From: Promethearchaeota archaeon Loki_b32
Lineage (GTDB): Archaea; Asgardarchaeota; Lokiarchaeia; Sigyniarchaeales; SOKP01
Assembly (NCBI GenBank): GCA_005223125.1
Contig: NJBH01000019.1
Coordinates: 1 to 64,000 of the forward strand
Length of the DNA stretch: 64,000 nucleotides
Reading direction: 5' to 3'
The notes beneath the pieces were generated by a model. The model saw nothing but the letters and a program-made list of their open reading frames with translations, ran no database searches and was not told the origin of the DNA. Shown piece by piece: positions 8,657-22,100 of the stretch. Numbering within the stretch: position 1 is the stretch's first letter; each line of letters opens with the position of its first letter. Both the position numbers and the translations under genes were made by a program.

Positions 8657-9850
8657 ATGGCTGAAATTACAACAGAAAACGACCAATCGAGAGGTTCTTT
8701 TTATTCGGATAAACTGTATGACTTTCATGAATACTGTATAAAATTTCCGCGAATGAAATCAGATCGAATCATGGAAATAAGTGAAAGTATTGTAAAGTTT
8801 GGACAACAAGATGATATTATTTTATTAGACGGTTTAATCCTTGATGGTCGTCATCTCTGGTGGGCTTGTAAAGCCGCAGGAAAAACTCCAAGATTTAGAA
8901 ATTTTGATAGCACTTTACATCCATGGCATTATGTAAAAATTAAAAATCTTTACAGACGTGATTTAACTACTGCGCAAAGAGCAACCTTAGCGTTGGAGGA
9001 TCTTAAAATTGAGAAGGAAATTGCAAAGGAAAGACAAATGCAGACACGTTTCAAGAATAAAACCGAGTTACAAAAAAACAATGAAAAAGACACGGTGGGT
9101 CACCCAAGGTCACCCACCGTAACAAACATTAAAAAGGGTAGAGCTGTGGATATCGTAGCCAAAGAATGGAGGATTGCCCCTAAATCACTAAGAAAAGCTG
9201 ATGAGATTAGCAAAATCGCCGACCAAAATCCTTTCATCAAAAAATATTGGGAATGGGCTCAGAATGACGGTATACCATTAGAAGAAATCTATCGTACTAT
9301 AAGGAAGGCATTAGATATTCATAATTCTAAAAGATGGAAATCGTTTCAAGATCTTAACAATGCTGTTAAGATATATGAGGCAAGTAAAAGCGATCCTGAT
9401 ATAAAAGAACAGTTAGAAAAAGTTGAAAAAGGCGAGATTTCATTGGATCTTGCTAATCAAAATGTAAACAAAATAGAATCTTTGAATAAATCTATTAGAC
9501 AACATAGTGTAGATAATTTTGTTAAAGCTGGCAAAAAATTTGAGGTTGAAAAATTAAAAAATAATAAAAAAGGAGAAGAACATCAAAATCTAGATGTAAA
9601 GCTCAGCAAAAATATAAAAGTATTAAATACCTCAGGACAAGATTCAACAGAACTAAAATACATATGCAAAGGATGTCCCAAAGCCACCGTGATGGCAATT
9701 GGACATATTTGTGAGAAATGTGGGTATTTTAATTTTGTTTCTAGAGTTATATGTGATGATGATATGACAGATGGCTCTCATAAGTTAAGAGATCCTAATT
9801 TAGAAATATGTGAGAATTCTCCTGATTATGATCTAATTGTTAAAAGTTAA
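8657..9850 (+). CDS. ParB/Srx-like N-terminal domain protein with HTH and C-terminal Cys-rich region
   Basis: ISESIVKFGQQDDIILLDGLILDGRHL, NLYRRDLTTAQRA; C-terminal CKGC/CEKC. Confidence 0.75.
   Translation: MAEITTENDQSRGSFYSDKLYDFHEYCIKFPRMKSDRIMEISESIVKFGQQDDIILLDGLILDGRHLWWACKAAGKTPRFRNFDSTLHPWHYVKIKNLYRRDLTTAQRATLALEDLKIEKEIAKERQMQTRFKNKTELQKNNEKDTVGHPRSPTVTNIKKGRAVDIVAKEWRIAPKSLRKADEISKIADQNPFIKKYWEWAQNDGIPLEEIYRTIRKALDIHNSKRWKSFQDLNNAVKIYEASKSDPDIKEQLEKVEKGEISLDLANQNVNKIESLNKSIRQHSVDNFVKAGKKFEVEKLKNNKKGEEHQNLDVKLSKNIKVLNTSGQDSTELKYICKGCPKATVMAIGHICEKCGYFNFVSRVICDDDMTDGSHKLRDPNLEICENSPDYDLIVKS
9092..9120. promoter_or_regulatory. GC-rich intragenic palindrome (candidate parS/operator)
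   Basis: ACGGTGGGT-cacccaaggtc-ACCCACCGT, with internal GGTCACCCA x2. Confidence 0.45.
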
Positions 9851-10059
9851 GTTATGCGTTCTTAATAAGTACAAGTTTTTATTTTAGGGATAGACATCAT
9901 CAATAGTTATTTTGTGTGTTGTAAGTATCTCATACAATTTTGGCTTTTTAGTTCCGTTTTCTGCTAGAATCTTTTTCTCAACAAGCAGTTTCAGTGATCT
10001 CCAATAAAAATTAATCTTGGAACGAATACTTCGCAATTAAAAAAGAATAAATTGTAGCG

Positions 10060-10100
10060 AAAGATTTAAAACCCATCACTATCATTTGTAACTACCCAAA
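10060..10100 (+). repeat. 41-bp perfect direct repeat, copy 1
   Basis: AAAGATTTAAAACCCATCACTATCATTTGTAACTACCCAAA, identical to 11839-11879. Confidence 0.95.
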
Positions 10101-10116
10101 GTCTATTGAAAATTAC

Positions 10117-10572
10117 TTACAAATAACTTCTTTCTCTTAACTCGTTTTCAGTGGATTTTACTATGTAATCAATCGTACTTATTAATTCACTAAGTTTTGG
10201 AGTAGCTCTTATGGTAAAATCTTTTTCCTTCTTAAACTTCTCTTTAGTATACTCACGTTTTTCATCAAGTATATAATAATGATTTTCATTTTCATGACCT
10301 TTAATTTCTTTTGAGATTACCTGATTATAAAACTCCTTAAAGAAGAATTCTAATTTATCTGTAGATTGGATTATTAATGAATCAAAATTTTTTATTTTCA
10401 GTTTCGAATATCTAATAATTTCTAATTTTCTTATTGTCTCAAGTTTTTTCTTTAACTCTTTTTCAGCAAGTTTAAAATGTTCTGTTAATTTTAAAGCTGT
10501 ACATTCTTCCTTTTTAAAAATGTAGGCTAAAATTGCTAACTCTTCGACTGTTTCTTGTGGATCCATTTTCAT
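10117..10572 (-). CDS. Winged-helix DNA-binding protein
   Basis: ELAILAYIFKKEECTALKLTEHFKLAEKELKKKLETIRKLEII wHTH pattern. Confidence 0.6.
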   Translation of the reverse strand: MKMDPQETVEELAILAYIFKKEECTALKLTEHFKLAEKELKKKLETIRKLEIIRYSKLKIKNFDSLIIQSTDKLEFFFKEFYNQVISKEIKGHENENHYYILDEKREYTKEKFKKEKDFTIRATPKLSELISTIDYIVKSTENELRERSYL

Positions 10573-11450
10573 TTCCGTTTCTTTCTATATATTCTCCTTT
10601 CGTTTGTTTTATATAATATTAGATATATTACAATGAAAGATATACAAGATATCATAATAATAAATATTATTAACGGGATAAAAAAGTCATAACGAGATAT
10701 CAATAGATTTAGTTCTTCTGGAGTGAGCGTTAGGTTTATTATTCCGATTACGATAAAAGGGATTGAACAAAGTATTCCAAACATGACTCCAAACTTGATT
10801 ATTCCCTTTCTTAATGCCTTTAGATTAATTTTTATCGGTTGTCGTAATAAAAATTCTGTCCCTAACATAATTAAAACTATTATAATTAGGGGAAAATTTA
10901 GATATAAAATATTAAATATAACTTGAGAAACGGTAAATATTGTCTTTAAAATTATGTTATCGTCAGGAAACCATTCTTGAATAATTGTGTCTTTTTCAAT
11001 ATCAATGATTGTAAATTGTATCATTAGGTCTGTATTATAATAGTCATCAGAGTCTTTTCCATAGGTGAGTGCAGGACTTCCAGTAACATCATCAATTCCG
11101 TTTCTATCTCGGTCAATACACCTATTTAACCAGATTAATCCACTTTTGTAGTTCAATTTTTTCCCGAGCAAGTTATTAAATAATCCCAATATTAATCCTG
11201 ACGATTCATTTTCAGTTATAGGAATCATGGTAACCCAATCAGTTGAATTTAGATCCGGATCGAAAATATCGTAGGTTTGGTCTTCTTCAATTTCCCACAT
11301 CATATAATGAATTTCTACACGATCATATTTTTCAACAGTATTAGGATTTGTACTAAGATTCAAAAAACCTATTACTATGGAGGAAATTAAAAAGATAACT
11401 CCAACTGTATATATAATTTTTTTCCATGTAGACTTTTTTCTCTTGTTCAT
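10569..11450 (-). CDS. Membrane protein with extracellular FKBP-like domain
   Basis: N-terminal TM, VEKYDRVEIHY...LILGLFNNLLG...IQFTIIDI, a DRDRNGID Ca-binding-like loop, 3 C-terminal TMs. Confidence 0.55.
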   Translation of the reverse strand: MNKRKKSTWKKIIYTVGVIFLISSIVIGFLNLSTNPNTVEKYDRVEIHYMMWEIEEDQTYDIFDPDLNSTDWVTMIPITENESSGLILGLFNNLLGKKLNYKSGLIWLNRCIDRDRNGIDDVTGSPALTYGKDSDDYYNTDLMIQFTIIDIEKDTIIQEWFPDDNIILKTIFTVSQVIFNILYLNFPLIIIVLIMLGTEFLLRQPIKINLKALRKGIIKFGVMFGILCSIPFIVIGIINLTLTPEELNLLISRYDFFIPLIIFIIMISCISFIVIYLILYKTNERRIYRKKRK

Positions 11451-11504
11451 CTTAATTTACTTATTTATTTTTCAATTTTATTAATATTTTTCCATACTGA
11501 ATCT

Positions 11505-11783
11505 TCAAATACTAATAACTGCACTAAGGAAATTTGAGAATATAACTAATCCCTTTTCTGTCACTTCATACTCTTTATAAGCACTGTTATTTCTACTATC
11601 TCTATTTTTTCTCCAAATGATATATTTCTCATTACACCAGATTTTTAAATACCTATTCACCGTTGTACGAGCAATTTTACAATTATCCTCAATTTCAGAA
11701 GCTGAAAATCTTAAATGGGAACAAATATATTTAATTATACCTTTTATTCGTTCAACACTTTCTTGAAGTCTTTCTAAATCCAT
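11505..11783 (-). CDS. Winged-helix transcriptional regulator
   Basis: FSASEIEDNCKIARTTVNRYLK...YEVTEKG. Confidence 0.75.
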   Translation of the reverse strand: MDLERLQESVERIKGIIKYICSHLRFSASEIEDNCKIARTTVNRYLKIWCNEKYIIWRKNRDSRNNSAYKEYEVTEKGLVIFSNFLSAVISI

Positions 11784-11838
11784 TTCTTTTTCACTAATAC
11801 TTTTTTAATAATCATTTCAAATGAGCATATATAAAGGA

Positions 11839-11879
11839 AAAGATTTAAAACCCATCACTATCATTTGTAACTACCCAAA
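11839..11879 (+). repeat. 41-bp perfect direct repeat, copy 2
   Basis: Identical to 10060-10100. Confidence 0.95.
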
Positions 11880-12350
11880 AGTTCGTTTTTGTGTAATTCC
11901 CACTTGTGGGATTTTATCAAAATATGATATACATAGCATATTTTTATCGCAAGATGGTCATTTATACGCTTTTATCGTATTTTTTTTGTTAACGAATGAT
12001 TTTGCTCTATTTCCCCCAGAACGTCCTTAGACAACGCATACCATTATCACTTTTAAAGGCAAAATTTTAAGAGACGTCAGTTGAACACAAAAACCTCCTA
12101 AATTTTTTTGTTTACAAAAACTAATTTCACAGATCGCTTAGATCCTTCCTAAAAATTTAGAGATAAAATTAAAATAAAAAACATTTAAATGCGATGTTGA
12201 TCAATATATAAAATTAACAAAATACCATGATCAACGTGAAAGAGATATTCTCCGTGAATACCATAAAGTTAGGCAATAGCCTCCCTAGTAGCGAATATCA
12301 TGTATTAAAGTTATATATGAATAAGAAAAAGTAATAAAATTTTAGTAATT

Positions 12351-12632
12351 ATGGCTGTAGCAACTGAAAAAATACAATTTGAAACAGTTAACTTTGGTCT
12401 TAGCACTGTTGATGATCAGTCTCTAAAAATTTTAGAAGATAATGCAAAATTTAGCTATGATACTATTGATATGGTATTCAAAAGAAGGAGAGCTAATAAT
12501 CAAATTGAGAGATGGATAGATAAGATTAAACAATTTTCTGAAAGGAAATCAGTATATATTAAGTTTATGAAGAAATTAATTGCTTTTGAAATAAATATCA
12601 TAAGTAAAGAAGATAAAAACAGAATTGAGTGA
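12351..12632 (+). CDS. Hypothetical protein
   Basis: 93-aa ORF whose stop overlaps the next start (GTGA). Confidence 0.6.
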   Translation: MAVATEKIQFETVNFGLSTVDDQSLKILEDNAKFSYDTIDMVFKRRRANNQIERWIDKIKQFSERKSVYIKFMKKLIAFEINIISKEDKNRIE

Positions 12633-13174
12633 AAAAAATGTCTAGACAAAAAATACAGACTGCAAGTAGTACAGAATTAGCTTTAAGAGAGAATCAAGTA
12701 ACCTTCTTAAGAAGACATTCATATCTTCATAAGGTTAGAGAATTTCTAAAAAATATAAGCCTTATTACTGTCAATTTATATATATTGACAATAGGGATTT
12801 TCCTTATGTCCTTCTTTGCATCGATTTTCTTGATCTTTTATTCTTTTCCAGAGAAGGTAGTCTTTCCACTTATGCTCGTTCAAGTAGTCGACTTGCTTTT
12901 TATAATGATTTTTTCTACTAAGGACTTACGCTTCACTAAATTCAAACTGCTGCTCTTAGTAGCAACGCCCTTATTTTCCTTATTATTAGTTTCGTATTTC
13001 TTCTTTTCTGGATATGCACAAATTGACGAATTAGAAGAAAATAGAATTATAGCAAAGAAGGCTTTTGTTGAAAAGTACAAACCCAGTATATGCTGTAATA
13101 CTATAACAAAGTATAAATTACACGTTTTTAATGTCATTACTTTTTTTAAATTTAAAATTACAGGTAAAAGGTAA
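12629..13174 (+). CDS. Membrane protein (3 TM) directly upstream of the giant gene
   Basis: Three hydrophobic segments; ends 6 nt before the giant ORF. Confidence 0.65.
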   Translation: MKKMSRQKIQTASSTELALRENQVTFLRRHSYLHKVREFLKNISLITVNLYILTIGIFLMSFFASIFLIFYSFPEKVVFPLMLVQVVDLLFIMIFSTKDLRFTKFKLLLLVATPLFSLLLVSYFFFSGYAQIDELEENRIIAKKAFVEKYKPSICCNTITKYKLHVFNVITFFKFKITGKR

Positions 13175-13180
13175 ATAAAA

Positions 13181-16100
13181 TTGCAAAAATTAAACCATGA
13201 AAGTGTGGAAGAATTTAACCATACGAAAAAAAGGAAAAAGAAGTTAAATCACACGCAAAAAATTGCGCTTGTATTATTATGTATATTATCTATCGCATTC
13301 ATTCAACAGTGCAGGGCAAATGGTTTTTCTGAACCTAGAATTACTGATTTTACTGCATCTCCCTCTACTGTAGATGTGGGCGAACCTGTAAATCTTACAT
13401 GGACCATTATAGGCTTTTTTGATATTGCAGTGATATCGTATGGAGACGGGAACCAAACGCAAATGACGATGGTTGAAGAAAATAAAACGTATACTATTTT
13501 ACACGAGTATCAATCTGAAGGGAAGTATAATGTGTCTATATATGTGGCAAATACTATCACAACAGACGAAGATTGGGATGCTCAATTTATTACGATTCAG
13601 AACGACCCTCCTGTTTTTGACATTTCAATAGATCCTTCTCAAGCTGATGAGGATGAATTTGTGAATGTGTCTGTTACTAACCTGCAAGAATCGGATCACG
13701 ATAAAGAACCAGGATTGTTAACTTATGTATTTGATTTCGCGGATGGAAATCAAACTACTTCTAATTCAAGTTCCATTCTCCATAAATGGGAAAATGGAGG
13801 CACCTATCCGATCACCGTAACGGTAATCGATGATCAGAATGCCCTTAACCAAAAAACACAAGATATTGTGATTGAAAATAAGGTACCAGAACCAGATTTT
13901 ACCATCGGTTGTGAAATTCCGTCGACCTATGGATTTTATTCTGATTTAATCGGCGCCTTTCCGTTCGGATGGACGTCCATAGATAACCATTATGATGGAA
14001 CATATAGTTTTGAAACCGATGAAGATGGAAGTGATCCTGCCGGATGGACTGATATAAGTGTAGGTACTGGCACTGCTAATGTTATATCTAATATAAGTGG
14101 GCATAATAAAATTGTTGAAATGTATCATGGTGTAGGTAGTGGTGATGATGCAGGATTTGAAAATAGTTTTACAATTCAAACTTCTGGAACTGTTGAATTT
14201 TGGATGAGAACAACAGATGCAATGAAATTTTCTATGGTTTGGATGTATGAAGGTATTTTAACACAAAAAATATGGTTTCGTATTGCTGGTAATCATTTTC
14301 AATGGTATGATGGTACCACTTTTCAGACTCTTAATGCTACCTCTGTCGCAAACACATGGCATCATATACGTTTTGATTTTGAATGTGCAGATGGATTATA
14401 TAAAGGACTTTCAGCAGATACAGCCAGAATATATATAGATGGTGCGGATCAAGGAGTATATAGTTTTACTGCTACTACTAATTTAGGTAAATTAAGCTTT
14501 AATCTTGATATTAGTAATGATTATTATTCCTATGTTGATGCAATCGGCTATTCTTGGGATGAAAACTATAATATCGGCGATAATTCGTATGCGCATGAAT
14601 CTTTCGACGCATTCAGAGTAGCTGAAGGCGCTGATCATCATCAGAAGATATTAGAAGCAAAATGGACGGAATATCAGGATGTTGAGATATACAACACGTT
14701 CGAACCACAACTGAATGGAACCGTCGAGTTTTGGTTCATGACCAATGATATTACATTATACTCGATTCCCGCGTTTTCCTTTTATGATGATCAAGGACTT
14801 GAAAATTTTGAGATCTATATTGACGACGGTAAGTGGTATTATAATAATTCTGCTATGTATCAAATACCAAATGTTAATGATCCAAAAAATGACACATGGC
14901 ACCATGTAAGAATCGATTTTCTTGCCGAGGGCCATTATTTAGATTTAAACCCATCAACCTTTAAGGTGACCATAGATGGTATAGAGTCTGGACTACTTAT
15001 TATGAATTATGATGAGGGCCATTATACAGAGAGCATGCATATGAAAGTTGATAAAGAAGTAGGATATGATGGAGCAAAATCGTATATTGATGCGATTGGA
15101 TATTCATGGGATCCCCATTATAAAGTCGGTGATAACCATAAAATATTTATCAATGAATTTTATGCGACTTTTGACTTTAGTGAAGAAGTCGTCGGTACTG
15201 AACCTAGCGTTGATGATTGGTATATTCCTCCACTTCCATCTGGTAAATATGGATCATTTTCTATTGTAGACGCAGGAGATATCGGTGTGTCAGATGGTGC
15301 TGAAAGTAATGGAAGTGTAGATACTTCCGATCCGAATAGCGAAATAGTAGAAATCATCGACAATAGCACGATATCATCCCTTATCATGGAGCATAATTAT
15401 ACGGACCAATCTTACGGAAGCGTAGAATTCTGGGTGCGAAGTAATAACACAAACGAAAAAGTGTGGGTGTTTTGCTTAATGCAAAACGACATCTTGGGGT
15501 TAGCTTTATTGATGGATGATAATGAATGGCAATATACAATTAATGACGTTGATTATGAGATTATTGATGGCAACATCGACTCACCCGAAAACGATACGTG
15601 GTACCATGTCAGACTTGATTTTCGAGGTACTGTGGCAGATCCGTACTTCTCGTTACAAGAAGGCTATTTTACTGTAGCTATTAACACGATTCTTTCTTCA
15701 CAATTTCAAATGACTTCATTAACATCAATAAATAGAACGAGAGTCACTACTGGAGGAAGTGATACTGGAACTGCCTATATGGATGCAATCGGCTATTCGT
15801 GGGATCCGTATTATCAAATAGGAGATAACAGATTTCCGATGGTGCACTATCCAGAGAAGTCTTTGATATGGTTCTCTGCATCTCAGACAACCGATACTTC
15901 GAACGATGAAGGATCTCTTAACTATTACTGGGATTTCGGGGACGGATCAAGTGATTTTGGTAAATATGTTGCTCATGAGTATCCCACTTCTGGTATGTAC
16001 CCAGTGGAATTAACCGTAATGGATGATAACGGTGCAAAAGCATCTAAAACCAGAATTGTATTAATCAGCAACAAATATCCAGATATTAATTTTTCTTCAT

Positions 16101-19100
16101 TTCAGGATGAAATTACGACATTTGAAGGTACTACTATCACATTTGACACAATCATCGATGACGAAAATCCAGATGTGGCTCGAATGGAATATTATTGGCA
16201 TCTAAACGGCTCTGAATTTGATCCGTACAATGTAACTCAGTATATTCAAGGAGGATGGATTAATTCCTATACGTTTGTTGATGATCATGACGGAACATTG
16301 TATGCGATGGCCCGAGATCCAGAGGGAGCATTTGATTTTGATGCACTGAATGTTACTGTGGAAAATGTGGATCCCTCGGTCAGCATCCGCACGATGGATA
16401 TGGTGGCAAATGTCACATTTGAGGTGGAACGAAGTACAGGTCCACCGTGGTATGATAATAATTTTACTTTTGTTGTACAAAATACCGACAAGTTTGATCT
16501 TGAGGTACCGTACTTTTTTACAGAATTAAATTTTACAGGATCAACAGAAACGACCGTAAATCATATACAAGAAAATATGATGTTCGATCTGTTAAAGGAC
16601 TGGAACATATATGCGAATACAACGTCCCAAGTATCTGGCAGCGTGAAGTATCAGCTTACGTTTGAGTTTAAAGATGGGAAGCAAGAAGTTATCAGTAGTG
16701 AGTGGATTTCTTCGGGGTATGCCTACTGGGAAAAGTCGTCGGATGAACTGTGGTATGATGAGACGAACTTTACCGTCGGACATCCTGTAGAAGTGGGTGT
16801 GTCAATATGGGATCCGTCTACTGACGATGTTTATCTTGATCTGAATTACATCGTGGATATGGTGGTGGAAATACAGTGTACAGATACGCTACCGATTTCA
16901 AAATCATTTAACATCAGTGATACATACTTTTATGATGTGTATATCTATGAATCCAACGGAAAAAAATACGTAAATATCACTGCCTACACGCAGCTAGCTT
17001 CTTCGGACGAAATTAATAACGAGGGATTTCCGTTAGATGCGCATACCACATATACTCTCGAACCGTTGATTGATCTTACCGAATTACTTGTAAATCATCC
17101 AGATGGTCCGTTGTTGAGTGGATTTTCTGTTGTGGAGTGCATATCAGCATTAAACGGTTTAAAAACATATGCAGAAGATGATGACGGCGGAAGTTCTCCT
17201 GTTGTTTCTATAAAATTTGATACTCAGGATGATATAGACATTAAAGCGTTATGTCCTGATATTGACATGATCAATAACGACGGAGGGATGATGACGCAAA
17301 ATATTTCATTTTATTTAGATTATTATTATCGGTCCTACTTCCGAGATGGATCTGATGTTACATTTGAGCAAGTATCACCCTATCAGGATTCTGATCAAGA
17401 AACATCATTCAATTCGTTTGGAGATCCGATTTCTTTTGCAGGAAGTGGCGGTGATAGCGGGTATGTGACAACTAATCAATCTACAGATTCTGGAGTTGAC
17501 ATGGGAAGCGCATATAATGAATTGAACAGTATCGATTGCAGTGGAACTGATGGCGGCAGTGGTTATAGGAGTAGAGAGCAAGATACGATAAGTGGAGAAG
17601 GTGATCCTCAACATCCTGTTAACCTAGGATCCTATGTTACCTCTTCTCAGCAAGTGTATACGGATAATACTGATCGCTCTAAAACTTCTTCAAAGGATAC
17701 AACTGAAAATCACTATCCAGGTAATCCAGGAGAATCTTTTAGAGGACAACCGCTAGGATCAAATCCAGATAATTGGGTTACTGTTGAGGAAGATACTGGT
17801 AGTCTTATAGAGATATATCCTGGACCTGTAGGTGGGCATACAGACTGGGCATGTTTTTTTTACGATGGCGGGGGGTCTCTTTATATGTATAGAAATTGGG
17901 GTAGTGATTATGAAGAGACACAAGTACAATTTTGGTTATATTATCATGGTGCAGATGTTTACGTACGATTTGAAAACAATCCCATTTGGTCTTGCGGCAT
18001 TCAATTTCAACAAAACGGGGTATATCGTCGTTATAAATCCGGACTTGCGTGGTATTGGGGCCTAATTTATTCTGGTTGTACTGATGACAATTGGTACAAT
18101 GTTGGCTTTGAGCTACGTACTAGTGATACATATTGCGTGACTATCGGTGATACATATGGTAATCAAATATGGAGTGGCGTTTTTGATATACAATCAGGTT
18201 ACGCAACAGCGTGGGATCGAATAGAAATTTGGGCAAAAGATACAGCTGGGTATATTTTTATTGACGGGTATGGGGAGACTCATGATTCTGGCTATTCTTA
18301 CGGACAGAACGTATTTCCATATCAGAAGTGCACTCTGTCTAGTTTTTCGGTACCTATGCAGGGGATGCATGTAGATAATTATGCCCGTCGCACTGGTACT
18401 TATTATTTAGAATATAGAGTGAAAGTAAATTATGCAGGAGCTGGCTGTGAATCTCCTGACATTTATTTGTATATTGACGGTCAATATATTAGCGCTGGTA
18501 CTATAGCTGATCCTTCCGACAATGTTTGGTACACAAAACAAATTGCGATTCAAAATACTCAATTTTCCGGCGATTATGATGTAGATTTATATTTTAAAGC
18601 ACTAACCGAAGATATAAATGCAAAAACTCAAGGATATACTCTATACGTAGACTGGGTAAAAACAAAGTGGCAGTACCAATATTATAACGGCCCTGATGCC
18701 TATTATCGCGAACCAGGTCAGAATGTAGCTGCTGGAACTCTTGATCGAAGTGTAAGTGTTTGCAATAATTTTCAACGAGACCACGGTTCATTTACATATG
18801 ATATACAATTTAGTCTTTCACAGACTAAACAATATTATGTACAACTTTACAAGTTCATTGACGCGTCTCCAGGTTGGAGAACAATATATTCAGGTACATC
18901 TTCTGGTTCAAAGTCATGGACAAATGTACCTCTTAGCTCCGATTATGTAGAAGACGACGAAGATCCACATGTTAAGCTAAGAATCTATACAACAGGCAGC
19001 GGGAATCCTTTCAATCTATTGTTGACAGAATTTCAAATTCATTACCAATATTCCTATACCTATTATTATCGACATACAGTCGACTTGAATAACATGAACG

Positions 19101-22100
19101 AGTTCCGCTATAGAGCGTTGGATATGGCTCGAGGAATTGATATGGATTTTGATTACTATTTTCCTCTTGAAGATAGGGATGGTGATATAAAACACAAACA
19201 ACAAAATACAACAGCGCAATGGCAACAGGTCGGTCTGTATGATAACGTCGGAGACGATTTATTTGATTATACATTCTTGAATAAAGATTTTATATTGTAT
19301 GATGGTAGTTTTTATGTCTATCATGAACAGGAAATTGTTGACCATGATCCTGATGGACATGCTACTGAATGCGAGCTAGACTCTATGTCGCATTATTATG
19401 AGTGGGATTACTCGTACTGCGATACATTTAGTCTCGAACTGAGCGATATGAACGACTTTAGATATGACCACTTTACCTTATGCGATATTAATTATGAGGT
19501 GAAAACCCACAACAGCGAAGGCCTAAATATAAGAGTGTATAACCACGCAACTTATGAATGGGATGCATTAGACTCTTTTACCACGAACGGTGCTGACCCA
19601 GATCAACCGTTGGTTGGTACAGATGGTTTTGTGAATTTTGTGAGTGATGACTACATTTTATATGAAGCATCATCTGGAAAGTATTTTGTGAACGTATCCT
19701 TTACTGGCTTTGCAAATCCATCTGAAACAATATTTGATATAGTAACTCTGGAAACAGAGTGGGATTATTCCTATACATGGGATGATCAATTTGAGATATC
19801 ACTTACCAACATGAACGATTTCCGATATGATAATTTTGAGCAGTGTACGCTATCGTATACGATTAATACAAGTTCGGGAGAGCCAGTAGACAAGTACTTA
19901 TGGGATTACACTATCAACGATTGGGTATATCAGGAAACAGTAAATGCAGGACCGAGTTATTCAGATTCGATTACGCTAACAGGTACCAGCAATAACAAGT
20001 ATATCAACTCAAGCACCTATGAGATGAAGGTGTGGTTTGAATTAGCAGAGTTTAATCCGCCGACACAGTATGCAAATTCTGAGTTTGATCTGGAGAGCAT
20101 GTCAGTAAGTTGGGAGTATAATTTCACGTATTATGATACCTATCAATCACAATTGGCTGAGATGACGCAATTTAGATATGATACTTTTACAGAATGTATT
20201 GTCAGTTATAATATCGATCTGATTCGGGACGGTAAGTCTACGGATGTGTATCTGTACAACTTTACCAAATCTGATTGGGATTTCTTCAAAACAACATCAC
20301 CGCCACAGGGAGGTGCTGGTATTGAAGATTACTTCACGTTTTACAGCACCGATTATATCGACAGCGGAACGTATAACGTGCGCATTAAGTTTACGGGATT
20401 TACAGAAACAGAATTTGCACTCAACAGCATCGGGTACACATTTGAGTGGGAATACGATGTTCAGGATAAGTTCACCACGAACTATGATATGGATGACCAT
20501 ATGTACAATACCTATGAGTCATGTACCATCACGTTTTCAATTACAACAAGCGAATCTCAAAGTAATGTGCAGGTAAAAATGTATAATTACAGTTCCTCTC
20601 AGTTTGTTGCTGTGGGATCTCCATTTTCGGCGACAGCAGATGTTGAGTATGAGGGATCAGTACAATTTACAAGCGATGAGTTCATTCACTCTACCGAGTA
20701 TACCACAAGAGTATATTTCGGTGGAATTCAAGATTCCTATCTTACTCTTAACTGGATGAAAACCAATTACTCGTGGTCACATTTTTACTGTTATTGTGAT
20801 TTTGGTCATGATAATCAAGGAATGGAAGGTATCTCCTATGCAGACATGACCGCGATATATAGAAACGTGTATAACGCATCAGAAGTATTTGATTATGCGG
20901 GAACGTACCTTATTACATGGACGGTAAGCGATGGCGTGTATGAAACAACACTGGGCCAAATGATAGAAATCACGTATCCGTTACCATCGGTGGCGATCGG
21001 GGATCTGCCTGACTATATTATTGAGGACCAGCTCATTTCGATTGAAACAAATATTGATCTTGCAGAAGGATTTTCTTATCTTCCACCTAAGCAGGTGTTT
21101 GCCCATCTTACTGATTTTACTTATCCGCAACAACAAGAATTTGATATTACTGCAGGAACGTGGAACACATTCCCAGAGGATAGTCTTGAATTTAACGATG
21201 ATGAGTATGCAATAATCAGCGCTGATCCAGTATATGATTATGTATCACCGACATCTGGAGATTTTAATGTGATTTCAGGGGATTTGACCTACGGTGATCT
21301 GGACGATATTGATGGTATTAAATCAACTATAACACCTGATGCGGGAGTGGCGGGAGTTCCTGCACTAGAAGGATGGGATTATGTAAGAAATATTACATTA
21401 AATCCTTCAACCCCAGAAAATAATTATCAGGTAAAAGTGCAATTGAGTACTTCTAACTTTGATTATTCTCGGGTAAAATCAGATGGTGCCGATTTGCGAT
21501 TCTATACTACCGATGAAACGTTATTGAATTACTGGATAGAATCGTGGAATACAACGGGAGATTCCCTTATATGGGTAAAGACTCCAGATTCAGGAACTTC
21601 GGTTATTCATATGTATTACGGGAATTCAGTAGCGACAGCGATGAGCAACGGTACGGCTACTTTTTCATTTTTTGATGATTTTGAGGGAACTAGTTTAGAT
21701 ACAAATGTATGGAATGAACACAAAATAACCAGAAGCGGTACGTTCAGTGTTACTGTTGAAGATAGTATGGTAAAACTACTCATGAATTTTGGCGGTACTG
21801 AGATGCGAGGACCATGGACAACTGTAGGATATAGTGACTTTTATACCACAGGCGGTGGATACGGTACATTTTGTCCGAACGGTATTAATGCCCTTACCCT
21901 ACATACATATACCCATGAAGGCTCTGTTGCTCAAGTGACTGCCGATGTTAGAGGTTCTGAGTGGACATGGCTTGTAGATGACATTTATTATTTAAGTGAC
22001 TCTTTAGTGAAATTTTATGAAAATGAAACATTGATTTCCACGCACAATGAGTCAATTCCTGATGCGGAATCAATACCAATTAAATTTATGTGCAGAGGAT

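Noticed and set aside
8275-8664. 129-aa ORF in the track
   Set aside because: Overlaps the better-supported RHH frame and a structured leader; composition looks non-coding
10060-11879. CRISPR array from the 41-bp repeats
   Set aside because: Only two copies, 1.7 kb apart, with genes between them and no cas genes
11821-12030. 69-aa ORF
   Set aside because: Spans the 41-bp repeat and a divergent promoter region; no coding features
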